Source: Phoronis australis (Eukaryota; Animalia; Phoronida). From it: a stretch of 64,000 nt of DNA. The notes beneath the pieces were generated by a model that searched no databases, was not told the origin of the DNA, and worked only from the letters and a program-made list of their open reading frames with translations. The position numbers were made by a program, and so were the translations under genes. This document shows, one piece after another, positions 11,933 through 24,075 of the stretch. Each line of letters opens with the position of its first letter. The stretch's first letter is position 1. Location of the stretch: positions 572,102 to 636,101 of the forward strand of contig NMRA01000079.1 in assembly GCA_002633005.1 (NCBI GenBank), in the 5' to 3' direction.

Positions 11933-14706
11933 ACATTAACACAGGTATTTATAAATTTTGAATTTTGTTCAATGTATGCATGAAGAACTTCAAAATTGCT
12001 TTTCGTTCTGTAAATCAGTTTTTGGCCATAGTAACATTGAAAAAACGGACGATCGCTGCACAAATAAAAAAGTTCATGTTATTCAACGTTTCGTCTATTC
12101 ATTAGACATCATCAGGATAATTATATACAAAAGACAGCAAGTGCCAACATAGAGCTCAGGTAACATCCATGAAGTGAAGCAAGAGATATGCTTTTTTATT
12201 TGTACGGTGATCGTCCTTTTTAATCTTTTCATTCTTGTTTTTCATTTTCGAACTTCTGCCTTTCGAATTCCATTTGTTTGCACTAAATACACCCCATATC
12301 AAATCTTCTTTGATTTGGGTTCCACTAGAAAGGAATTCAACACAATACCATATTTGAAATCTTTGCAGAAAGTAGACTTAATGTCGCAGGTTGTGAACGT
12401 CACATATACTTTCTAAATGTTAGCTGAAAAATAAACAAAGCAGCAGGTTCTTGGTCGTATTACAATTAACTGACTTAAAAAATTAAAGCCGGACAACGCT
12501 GTGATCAAGACTGCTACATGCAACGTACTTGAAAGTACTAGCAACGACCTTTAAACATCATACATCGCTGACCTCATTCGCTAGAACTTGTTAAGTGGGC
12601 GTGAAACTGTGGGGTCGCGAGGTCACGGCATGTTTACAAGACAATGAGATGGCTGATCGCCGTGTAACTGATATCTCAGTGCCTCTGACTGCCGTATCAA
12701 GATCAGCGAGAATGAACTAAACTCATCGAAGAGCACATTTGTGGATGGAGACAAGGAGGAATTTCGTGACAGCAACGTGTCGTCTGACGGCAGCAACACG
12801 TCGCCAGATGAGTTTCTTGATCGACCCATCGCGAATACGCGGATTACGTTGGATTGGAACAAGCAGATCTTGAACTGAGAAAACAGTCCGGATTAGCTTA
12901 ATCGCAGAACAATGCCTTGTTCCTGCAAAGCCAGTGGATCGGGGTGCAAGCAACTGAATATTACTGCAAGAGAGAACAATCTTCGATAGGGCTGAATCAC
13001 TCGGTGAGAAATCGAGGAAATCGTTGCTCTTCAGTCAGTGTCAGTGGACTTGGATAGGGATGAGTGATTGTCATTTTTTCAAAATTATTTATACTAGCGT
13101 AAAATTTTGTGTATTTTGTAATCTACAGGACTTCATTATATTAAACTTCTCCAAAATACACTTTAACTACCTGTTTTACTTGCGGTAACCCCCCCTGCCA
13201 CAAAAGGACTGATTCTGCATACATTAGATGGGAAATTTATTGACCCAGTTACATCAACCCAACATGAATATCACTCCTTTTTGTCTGAAATTACGTAATA
13301 AGGTCTGTATTTTTTAAATTTTTAAGTACTTTTATTTGTTTATGTTGTCGTGTATACTAGTATCTCTAAGATGTAGCATTCAATTGCAGGTTACTATGGA
13401 AATTTTAAAGACACTATCAGCACGTTTTCTCGGCCATTTTCCTTGACTTTTGAAAGCTCTAAATTTTCGCTTTCCCCGTCTAGATTTGGCAATAACTAGG
13501 TCATTTGTTAAGATAAGGACATGTTTCATATCTCAAAATGATCAGAAAATACTGTATTTTCAGAAAAAATAACAATTACAAAAATGACAAATCCCTGCTT
13601 AAAACTCATTTTGTGGTGCTGCGACACATATGTATTTCTATTGATTTTTTTCGCAGTTGGATACGTCATTATACAGTGCAAGGATATTTGATAGAATTGC
13701 AATCTGTATGAGTAAATAAATTTTCATTTGCAAAGAACATACTCTACACTTTTTATGAGCAAAATCCGCTGACGATCTTTTTCAAAATTACTTTAAAATA
13801 CCAAACCATTGATCGGGTTATAGAGGACGCTAGATTCCAAAAGGCTCTTAAATTTTGTTTTTCTTATTTTATCGTAGCAAAGACTCGTGGTAACTCGAAA
13901 GTAGTTCTTTAGTCTGACTCAGATGTTCAGTCGTTGATCTGGAATAATACTTAAGGTAAGAATGATCCGATTGGAATTAAAAAACACGTGTTCCTTAGAT
14001 AGGAAATATGCCTCAAGTATCTAAACCAAAAAGTGGCTAAGCTAGATAGATAGACAGATAATTGAGCCCTGCTATTTCTTGACCTGCTTGAACGCAAAAA
14101 AGACCAGGACCCAAACAGAAGGATTGAGAGCCACTTTATTAAAGATACATTTGAACTAACTCGAAACGCTACTCCTAAGAATATGATGGTTAGAAATCTA
14201 AACACTACAAAAATGAAAATACCTGTAAACAATGTGCCATTGAATGTGAAGTTTAATTGAAGGATTTAATTTTATCAAGATGGAAAATACAAACGGTATT
14301 TCAGACAACTGTCGGGTGAGGCTTCACAAATGCGATGGCAGAGATACCAAGCGAGTTTAAGAACATCGCGAAGTAAACACAGTTAGCAAAAATCCTTTTT
14401 AAGAGCAACCAAAGCAAATTTGTGTTCTCTAACTAAATCCATGAAATGTACGAGTTTCCATTTTTTCCTGAACGGTTAATTAATGGATATCCATAGCCGT
14501 TAGTTAACTTTCGACAAAGTATCTTTTTGTTAACATCACTCAACCCCAAACCAGTCTAAAGAAGCACGAATAGACCAATCATTGTGCACTTTACATGCAG
14601 ACCTCTGACATGAATGACGAACAACCCCTCAATAAAGGCAGAACCTCATACACTTCAGAGGCCAGTACCTGATGCAGTCTTGTTGCTACTCATCACTGTG
14701 TGGGAT

Positions 14707-14886
14707 AATTGACCTATCGCCAGGATTTTGAGTGACGGCTAAGCTGACCATTCAGAACGCTTCATTATTGACTCACCTTCGTTTCCAAACCGCCATTTTA
14801 CCCAACAAACAACACGTTGCTGGGTACAACTTATTGTCTGTTAGTCGACATTACGCAAGGGGGCGGAGCTTGCGATAGGTCAATTG
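14707..14886. mobile_element. Small TIR element
   Basis: AATTGACCTATCGC ... GCGATAGGTCAATT 14-bp inverted termini. Confidence 0.55.
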
Positions 14887-15128
14887 CTATACGCTGGCTC
14901 AAGTGGACTGGGGTTGGGCGACAACGTTGCTAAGTAAAAATTGCTATCAAAAACATGCTTCTAAGATTGGAGGTTTCAGGGGAAGAAAATCGGTGCTGTC
15001 CGGTTGTAGTTTTGTTAATAAGTTTAAAGTATACAGAGCTGTGTATTTCCTCAAACAAAAGAAGGTTTATTTTTTGCATAAAGGTTTTGTGCGAGTATCA
15101 CATTTACTGTGGCTTACGTGACAATGTG

Positions 15129-15945
15129 TATGGAACGCCCCTAGCGTCACCTTGCGACGGGTCTTTTCTGACACATTACGAGTCATTGAAGCGCGTCAGA
15201 CTTGACTCGAAATGTACTTCACATGTGTGTCAAGTCACCTCCCCATTATTGTGCGACCAATAAGACGTTGTGGTTTGGTCACCGATGACGTACGCTTCGA
15301 TGTCAGTCAGTTTATGTCCCAATTGACCCGACATCTGACTAGCCTAAAAGATCATAAGCCCTCCCAATTTGCATTTGACCAGCAAGGGACAAGTTTACTT
15401 ACATGCACACTCGCACTAATTGAATGAGTCATAATCCACCACTGTGGAGTGTAGTACCCTGCAAAAGTACAAAGATGGCTTCTGCGTTAGAGTCTATGTA
15501 CAGTCAAAAATGTTATAAACGAAAGACTGTATATCCAAATAAGCGAGGGCAACGCTGTGAGTGACGAGGACTTGATGTCTGTGACCTTAGATGATTTTCT
15601 CACGGGCTTTGCCAACAATTGTTGAATCCTTGTAGGTTGTATTTGCTTAATCAGTAAAGATGTACTAGTCTTGTTCACTGGAGACAGAGCATTGCGTAGG
15701 TTGTGTTTTTGTGCGAGGAAGTGCTGGCCATATTTTACCTTTGTATCAAATGCTCAGCCTTTGTAATTGCCAGTCACGTCAAAGCATGACGATCTCATTG
15801 GTTTGGTCAACACACAATCTTAACACTGATTGGTCCTTTTAAGAACATCGACAGCATCACTGACGAGTCAGCGTGTTAGAAATGACTCGTCACGTGTTTG
15901 AAAAGATCCGTTACAAGGACAAGGTGACGTTAGTGGCGTTCCATA
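15129..15945. mobile_element. ~820-bp MITE with ~55-bp imperfect TIRs
   Basis: TATGGAACGCC..CGTCACCTTG..ACGAGTCATT at left; AATGACTCGT..CAAGGTGACG..GGCGTTCCATA at right. Confidence 0.7.
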
Positions 15946-16199
15946 GGTGCGCGTTTCCGTGTTATTTTCAAGCTTTGACAGTTGTTAAGACAATTAAGAC
16001 GCAAACGCATTAGTGAACATATGGTAGAAATAGGACGTAGTAGTTTAGATTCATAAATTTATCATCTCAACGTGACACTGTTTCATGCTCTACATATAGA
16101 GTAATGACGTTTACAAATTGCAAAATTCAGATATTGCGCGTCTTCAGATAGAGTTCATTTAATAATATAATTTTCAATTTCCGTGCAGTGCTTTTTGAT

Positions 16200-16279
16200 T
16201 CTCTGTAGTCAAATCTTATCTCTTCTTCTCTGTAGTCAAATCTTATCTCTTCTTCTCTGTAGTCAAATCTTATCTCTTC
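16200..16279. repeat. 27-bp tandem repeat, ~3 copies
   Basis: Unit tctctgtagtcaaatcttatctcttct. Confidence 0.9.
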
Positions 16280-16385
16280 CTGGTACAATGTACTTGAAGT
16301 GTCCTTATAACTTAACCTTAGGCGTATCTTCACATTTTAATGAAGCAATACAAACGCACGCGTTATTGTCAAATAATGTATTAAC

Positions 16386-16391
16386 TTTATT
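16386..16391 (-). terminator. Putative polyadenylation signal AATAAA of FABP paralog 2
   Basis: AATAAA on minus, ~96 nt after the stop. Position conserved with paralog 1. Confidence 0.65.
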
Positions 16392-16486
16392 TGATTTTTA
16401 ATTGCCAAGAAATATAATGCCAAAAAAATTTGTTAGGAATTCTCAACATTCGCCGTGTTATCGAGGTTTGGGTGGTTTCCAACGTC

Positions 16487-19400
16487 TTACGATTTCTGAA
16501 GCACAGATTTGCAGGTAATGCCGCTGTAGGAGCTGATCTAGAATGAAAAATGGCAACTGTGAGAAAACGATGAACTATAGTTAACTCTGATTGTCGTATC
16601 CGATTTTCGTATGTGACTCTCGTATGCGACTGTCGTATACGACCGATCGGAATGTGAAGATTGGTGTGGCGGAACAAGTTTTCGAGCTCAAAGTCAACAA
16701 TATTACAGCTCAAAGTAGTATAAAATTGGCGAATACATGGTGTCGTAAAGGGGGCACCCATAAGTTTCCAATGAAAAATATCCGCGTAAGCCCCCAAAAC
16801 ATGCTGAGGAAGCCTTCATTTCTTATTGGTCGTTTCTGAATGGGGAGGGTTCCTAAATCCGCGTACGCACAATATTTCGATATGAAGCACGCTCAGTTTT
16901 GCTCCGCTGCGCCAATCCTTTACAAAGTCATGTGCGACATCCGGATTACTGTTTACCACAATGCGACTATCGCATACGACTTCGTATACAGAATCGTACA
17001 CGACTATCATCGAGTGTCTACGCAAGTGGACCACAAAGTCTTTCTGAACTTTAATGAACACGGTGTACCTTCGAGTTACCCAAAATAGATAATCTGTTTG
17101 CTTGAACCCTACGGACTCTCGACTTCGCTGTACATCAAAACCCCTCTTCTAAAGTTGAAAATCACTTGAAAAAATCAACAAAAAAGAAAACATTTCTCAA
17201 CCACCAGACCAGTCTTTTGCATTCCAGGTTTTTTGGCGACTTAGATCATCTGAAATTATTTATGGAAACCCGCTCAGGGCACACTTTATGTCTCTCGGGA
17301 CACATGTTGAACATAAATAGCACTACCCACAAACAGAGATATACTTTATGTGACAACCTATATAAAAGCAGCTGACGCAAAATGTTTAATACTTCTCAAG
17401 TAAAGAACAATATTGCATGCGAGATTTGTTGTCACAGGTCAGGAATTTAACTCGGGCTATTTTTTTACATAGCAACCTCTGTTCGTCATGCGCAATTATT
17501 TGTCCCCGATAGTATCCTCATAGCCTACTTGTAACTGAACTACCTTACTTGGTTAATGAACGGTTTGTACCAGAAAGGACAAACCATAGTACACTATCAC
17601 CAGAGTAGCAACAGTGGCGGATCCAGGATTTTGAGTTGGGGGGGGGGGCAGGCCACAGTATTAGCCAGGATTTTGGCCGTCAGACATTCGCACCACCGAA
17701 GTGTCAAATGGAATCTGGGAGAATTTTAGGGAGCCATGGCCCCCCTTGGCCCCCTTCTCATTCCACCACTGAGCAATACACTAAGGCGTTCTATTCTTGA
17801 TCTGTCGATATATCTAACGCAAAAGAATACCAACTCACCATGTTCATTGTTTTGCCGTCGATCTCTTTGCAAATATTCAGCACATTTCCGTTTGCCAGTT
17901 TGTGCGTCTCCTCCCACTTACCGTTATTAAAGGAGTGGGTCGTCTAAAAATCGCAAGACACATGCGTGATTTTTCGAGGAAATTTAGCCATTAGTTATGA
18001 AGTTATAGCCCTTATAGAAGAACGCGTAGACATTTTACGCAGTCACTGCATCGTCGAAAGCAAAGGTTGAAGCCTACCAATAACTCTAGAGAACGTACAT
18101 CCACATTTCCAATAACGGGTCACCTGTGCGCGGATAGTCTATAAATCGCAAACCGTAAAAGGTTAATAACTAAGAAATGTACTCGCGGCAAATGTCTCGA
18201 GACTTTCGAAACACCGGAATTTTGGTAGCTCCAAATGTTCCTCGGTGGAGAACGTTTTCTGTAGTCATCATATAAGACATATGGAAAACGGTTGGCCATT
18301 AATGTTTGAAATTCGCGCATGCGAAGATAGTGCTCAGTTCCCTGAGCAAATTTGAGGCTACGGAAATACCCGAAGTGTTCCTCATGAAATCGCGGGTATT
18401 GCCCCTGTTTTAACAAAAGACACTCACAAGAATGGAAAATCACCACGACAACTCAGGTGCCGAGTTCACGAGAACGGTCAGCGACTGCAGCAGTACGTAC
18501 ATACTTTACACGAACAATTAGCACTCGATATTAGCAAAGAGCACAAACTGTTGAAATTCTGTTTAAGATTCAGACCAGTTCCAGGTTACATGAAACAGTC
18601 CGAAATAGAGACTCGACTAAGTTCCCTGAATCTTTTTTGTATCCTTGTCTTTTTTATCCACTATCATTTTCTATCATGTAATCTTCATAATGAGCACTTT
18701 TTTCACGAGTATAAACCAAACTCTGAGTTCAGTGAAAATAAATAGGGACTAGGTGCTTAAATTAGGGCGTTGCACGAAAATATTCATATTTATTTTCGAT
18801 AATATTTAGAATTCAAGGTAGAGTTCAGTTTCGATTTGCATCAAATCCAAACACTGACTTAGTAAAGAAACTAAAGCAGCATCAGAAAGGACAATCGATA
18901 TTTTCACAATTCCAAAAATACGCCGTAGATTTAGGGAACTTAGTTGAGTCCCTATATGGGACCGCTTCATGCAACCGTGCACTGGATCTCAGTCTGATAT
19001 CATCAAGATATACACGCTAGTATTGGCTAGCGTAGTAAATGACGCACCATTATATTCGCACTTTATTTGGTAAGTATGGAGTGAAAAAACATACCTCAAC
19101 TCCTTTTCCATAGTGTGTTTCGACATGTTTCGCTTTTCCAATCTCAAACGTGGAGTTAGAGGTGATGCCGCACTGAAAATTACAATAAAATTCCTCAAGA
19201 TGACGTCTTCTATCAATGTGGGTAACTTTGTCAGGGTCCAGTCTAGTCTTTGTACCAGAAATGAAACTCGAAATTGTTTTTCTTTTTACCTGTTCCACTT
19301 CTGTGCGAACTCCAGATAGACGTCTTTTTGTGGTGAGAGGGCGTACATACAAAGGAATTTTCCCAAAATACGCCCAGATTGCGAGCTGGGTAAAAACCTC

Positions 19401-22400
19401 CTGTTATTCAACTTTAACTTTACACAGTTTCAGTAGCCAACTCTCTTTGTTATTTAACAAAAGGTACCTGTTAAGGTATAGAACAGAAAATTGCGGTAAT
19501 TGCCAATTTAAGTGTCGACTTAAGTATTGCTCGCCCGCATATTTACATGTAGCTCTGCCATTTTGCCAATGTCACTGAACACGCCCTTGACTTGTCTTCG
19601 AAAAACTCCGGCAATTTATAAGTCTGAAAATGAACTAGAAAATCTCGAGTTTTTAACCTCGTTTGTAATTCGGATCTCGTGGTCATCAGGTGTTAACTTG
19701 GAGTACATACCGGGACTTTCCGTAGATAAGCCCATGGACTTGTATTTGGAAAATGAAAATTTCCAGGCGTTTTAGTAATACCAAGTAAATGCCCGACGGG
19801 GAGCGTGTAAACGGAAAGTCATAGTTTCGATGACGTTGACATTTTTTCTTTAAAGCTGTGCTTTTAAATTTTATGCATAGTTCGCCAACACCTTGACGAT
19901 CGTTTCATAAATGATAAATGCTCCACAAATCTGAATTTGTGACAAAAAGTTGACGCTGAGTGGACTTTTAAGAGGAAATTTTCCGAATAAGCGCCCCACT
20001 ATCTGGACACTTGAAACCAGAAGTTGTAACATCTAATAAACGCCCATGGGTATTTATTTGGCATAACTTTCCGAATAAATGCCCATGATTGAATCATCAG
20101 GTGGGCTTTACTATGGAAAATCCCGGTACTTGTCTGTTGACATCATAACGTATTCGAGCACAGAATAAAGCATTTATCTTGAGAGCAGACTCGAATTCAG
20201 TTACAACGGAAAATGTCAAAAATAATTTCGAGTTCCGAGATTAGATAACTGGGTCCAGATAATTAATAATTTCCAGCGAACACAAACGCTGTACGTGCAC
20301 AGAACTGTCATCATTTAGTCAGTTCACAGAAAATTAGGGGCTAAACAAGAGGACATTTACTTTTTGAGTAGATTATGAGACTGTAAGTGTAGCCTTAGAG
20401 CAAAAGAGATTTGAAACTGGCTAGTCACACAACAGACCCACCCTGGATTGAACTCTCCTCTGTCGCGGAAATAGAAAAATACATTGCCTGGCAATCCTAT
20501 TTTTTCAGAATATCAGCTAATCCAGCACCGATATTTTTTTGCCAATTTCTTGACATCAGCATTGCAGTTCAAAACGCAACAATGCAAGCTTTCCTGCATT
20601 TGCATATGCGAAGAATCAAGACGATGCTCGCGACACATGCCTTGCAACGTGGGTAAATGTATTAGAATGAGAGTGGTGCTGTGGTATTTCGGGAAGGGTT
20701 TGCTTTTATAATTAAATTTGTTTACCTGCCAGGTAACACTGAGATTAGTGCCGCTGATGGAATACGAGTATGTGGGCCGATTTGCCTTTAGCTTAGCCGC
20801 CTTGTCGTCAGGAATGCCTGAAAGGAGAAACCGATGATTTTATTACAATGCGCCAAGAAACACCACGAGAAGCAAAAAAAACAACAATTAAGTGCAATGC
20901 CGGATAACTAATTACAGGTTAGGGCCCTCAAAAATTAGTCAGGTCCCGCCTCGTAACCACAGGGTCCCTTTGCATGTGGCACTGGCCGGGAGAGTCTTGT
21001 TGGGACAATTGCGATCAAGGGGTAGCAAGCCAACATGTCTTGGTGAAAATCTGCATGAATATAGAATTTGGTTCTATCTGTGTAAAATGCGAGCAAAATA
21101 AAATCGTAAACAAAATTAACGTCATGCAACAGAACATTCTCTTGTAAAGTGTATTGGTTTATTTACAAGGGCCTCAATTTCGGTTTTACCCGATTCTTCG
21201 TTATTTTTTTTCACTAATTTGCACACATGTCCCAATAAATTGGCTAAAGTGGTTTTGAGTACTTTATTGCAGAATTTCTGGGAATAAATTGCTTCGGCGA
21301 AGTTGTTATAGACTCCCATCAGTTGTCATAGACATCAGATTGCGTTTCTATTCTCTTCAGTGTAATACAAATGTAGCTGGTGCAATTTATTTACAAACGC
21401 CGGAAGTTGGTCTGAGCCTAGCCAGCCAGCTAGCTGTATGAAGATTATCGTCAAAATACAGCTAGGTACAACTGTGGGTATTTCTTCCGTAGACCCCGAA
21501 ATTGCACACAGCCAGGCAGCCTTGGTACAAAGCTGTATATAAATATAAAGCTTTGCACCGATGTGGGTAAAAAGTGGTAAGATAAAATCTGACACAAAAT
21601 TGGTGTCATTAAAAACTACAGTCTTCCTTGAGTAAACTAAATCGTTTAACGGTGTTGGCAAAAATGGCGTTCTACCGTTATTCTGCTGCTAAACTTGTAG
21701 AGCGATCTTTAGCGACGGCTTTCGGCGCCATGAAATATTGCGTCACCTATTGGTCAGTTTGTTTTTCGCCGATTCTTCAATCAACTGTTGTTCTTTCACG
21801 AGGTAGCATACACGTCACAACAAATTATCAGAACTGGTTTCACTTCATTAGTTTTTAGAATTTTGATAGCGAAAAATCGAATTTCAGAAGAAATTTTGCT
21901 GCTGTCAAGCTATCATCATCTCCTGAGAGAGTGTCGCAAAAATTAAGGAAATGGCGCGTGCGCGTGGCACGAGCGTATTGTTTTCAAAACGACGAAATAC
22001 TTTTCATTGTTAGAAAAGGCGGAGAGTAACGCAAGAAAATGACGTTTATTGCATTGTTTTTCACTTAAACGGCTGTAACGGGCAAGGTGAGTGTAGGTTG
22101 GCTCCCACATTTTGCATGCACACCGTCTGGTCTTTAGCTTTACATGTTGATACAAGTTTCACGGCACGGTGACGAGCAGAACTACCCTGGCTGTTTGCAA
22201 TTTCGGGGTCTACGGAAGAAATACACGCAGTGGGACCTAGCTGTATTTTGACGACAGTCTTCATACAGCTAGCTGGCTGCCTAACAGCCAGGATGGTCCT
22301 GCGCGTCATCTCGCCGTGAAACTTGTATCAACATATAAAGCTAAAAACCGGACGGGGTGCATGCAAAATCTGGAAATTAACCGACACTAAGCTTGGCCCG

Positions 22401-24075
22401 TTACAGCCGTTTAATTGAAAAACAATGCAACATAAATAATAAACGTCATTTTCTTGCGTAACTCTCCGCCTTTTCTAACAATGAAAAGTGTGTCGTCGTT
22501 TTGAAAACAGTACGCTCGTGTCACGCGCACGCGCCATTTCCCCAAATTTTTGCGACAACTTTGCAGCAGCAAAATTTGTTCTGAAATTCTGTTTTTTCTG
22601 TTCCAATAATTTGTTGTGTCGTGTATGCAAGCTCGTGAAAGAATAACAGTTGATTGAAAAATTGGCGAAAAAAAGAAACTGGGCAATAGGTGACGCAATA
22701 TTTCATGGCGCCTAGAGCCGTCGCTAAAGATCGCTCCACAATTTAACAGCATGATAACGGTAGAACGCCATTTTTTCCAACACCGTTAAATAATTTTGTT
22801 TACTCAAGGAAGATGGCAGTTTTTAATGACACTAATTTTGTGTCAGATTTTATTTCATACAACACAGATAATTCTAGGCCTACTCGTCACCTGGTCGTGA
22901 ATTATCAACATGTAGAGCTAGCGACCGGTGGGGTGCATGGAAAATCTGTGGCTGTCAACCGACACACACTCAAAAGGCATCTTGCCCGTTGACAGCCGTT
23001 TTAGTGAAAAAAAATCCAACAAACGTCATTTTCTTGCATAATTCTTTTGTAACAAATAAAAGCCTGTCGTCGTTCTGAAAACAGTACACTCGTAACACGG
23101 GCACGCGCCATTTCCTTTTTTGCGACATTTGAAATTCAGTTTGCTGGAATTAAAATACTTAAAAAACTAAAAACATAAAACGAAATTAAAAAAGTTCTGA
23201 TAGTTTCTTGTGACATGCACGCAACGACATGGAAGAAGAACAGTTGATTGAAGAATCGGCGAAAAAAGAAACTGGCCAATAGGTGATGCAAAATTTCAGG
23301 GCGCTAAACTGAGTCCTACGCAAAATATCGCTTCACAACTTTAGCAGCTAAATAACGGTAGAAATTCAATTTTCAAAACCGATAAATGATTTAGTATACT
23401 CAAGGAAGAGTGTAGTTTTTAATGACACTAATTTTGTGTCAGACTTTATTTTGTCACATTTTACCCACATCGGCGCAAACATCCGCCAAAATTTAGAACT
23501 GGTCGTAAGTCTCCGCCTACACTTTTAGAGTAAAACAATCACCTGTAGGAGACATCTCTGCCTCTAGTAAATTGTCATTTCAATGTTTCTGTCCGACTAG
23601 TCGCTAATAATTACGAATCCCCTTTTCTAAATGTTGAAACTCAAAATCCCCATACATCACGATACTGATGTTTAATTGTTACCAGTTTTATTGTTATCGT
23701 TATTAATATTATCATTATAATCATTGTTACTTCTTTCAGCAATTTATTTATCTTACATAAGCACAAAACAAACGTCAGAAAAAAGCACAAGACAAAAATA
23801 ATAAAAAATGAGTGGAAGCCCGAAAACAAAAACTCAAGGATTCATTTTCATTCTGGTCGGTACCGTACGAAAGATAAAATACATGAAAACATTGACAGGT
23901 AAAACACGATTATGTTTTGGACTCCCTTTGGTGAAAACAATCTTGAACATTAACAAAGAAGTCTCAAATGAGGCAGAAATCCATCTTCATTTTTTAGCTC
24001 ACCCAAAGCCTTTGTCAAAGCATCTTCGTTGCCATCAACGCTGACGACTTTCCATGTACCTACGATCGCTTCCAT
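16487..24075 (-). CDS. Fatty acid-binding protein / intracellular lipid-binding protein, paralog 2 (132 aa, 5 exons)
   Basis: Exons (minus): 24003-24075 (73), 20726-20817 (92), 19095-19172 (78), 17839-17943 (105), 16487-16537 (51). GT-AG introns in the same positions as paralog 1. Protein: MEAIVGTWKVVSVDGNEDALTKALGIPDDKAAKLKANRPTYSYSISGTNLSVTWQCGITSNSTFEIGKAKHVETHYGKGVETTHSFNNGKWEETHKLANGNVLNICKEIDGKTMNMISSYSGITCKSVLQKS. Confidence 0.9.
17612..17771 (-). mobile_element. ~160-bp hAT-like MITE, copy 2
   Basis: CAGTGGCGGA...TCCACCACTG termini with a perfect 5-bp flanking duplication AGCAA. Reverse-complement homolog of 4954-5112. Confidence 0.8.
18575..18986. mobile_element. ~410-bp TIR element (possibly PIF/Harbinger-like MITE)
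   Basis: Left ..GACTCGACTAAGTTCCCTGAATCT pairs with right AGATTTAGGGAACTTAGTTGAGTC..TTCATGCAACC..CTGG. A right-end homolog also occurs at ~55195-55251. Confidence 0.55.
19710..20126. mobile_element. Tc1/mariner-superfamily MITE
   Basis: TA|CCGGGACTTTCCGTAGATAAGCCCA ... TGGGCTTTACTATGGAAAATCCCGG|TA: imperfect TIRs with a TA duplication. Confidence 0.7.
21418..23478. mobile_element. Second cluster of the ~750-bp element, in FABP2 intron 1
   Basis: Approximate copies: 21418-21516 (fwd head), 21517-22282 (rev), 22300-22853 (fwd), 22880-23478 (fwd, diverged). A further head fragment lies at 25150-25276. Confidence 0.85.

Noticed and set aside
16200-16279. 27-bp repeats (and the 38-bp repeats at 35319) as CRISPR arrays
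   Set aside because: Units are contiguous with no unique spacers, there are no cas genes, and the context is eukaryotic.
16387-17088. Overlapping 80-136 aa ORFs
   Set aside because: They cover a TCGTATGCGAC-type repeat remnant. The real coding part is the 51-nt last FABP2 exon in another frame.
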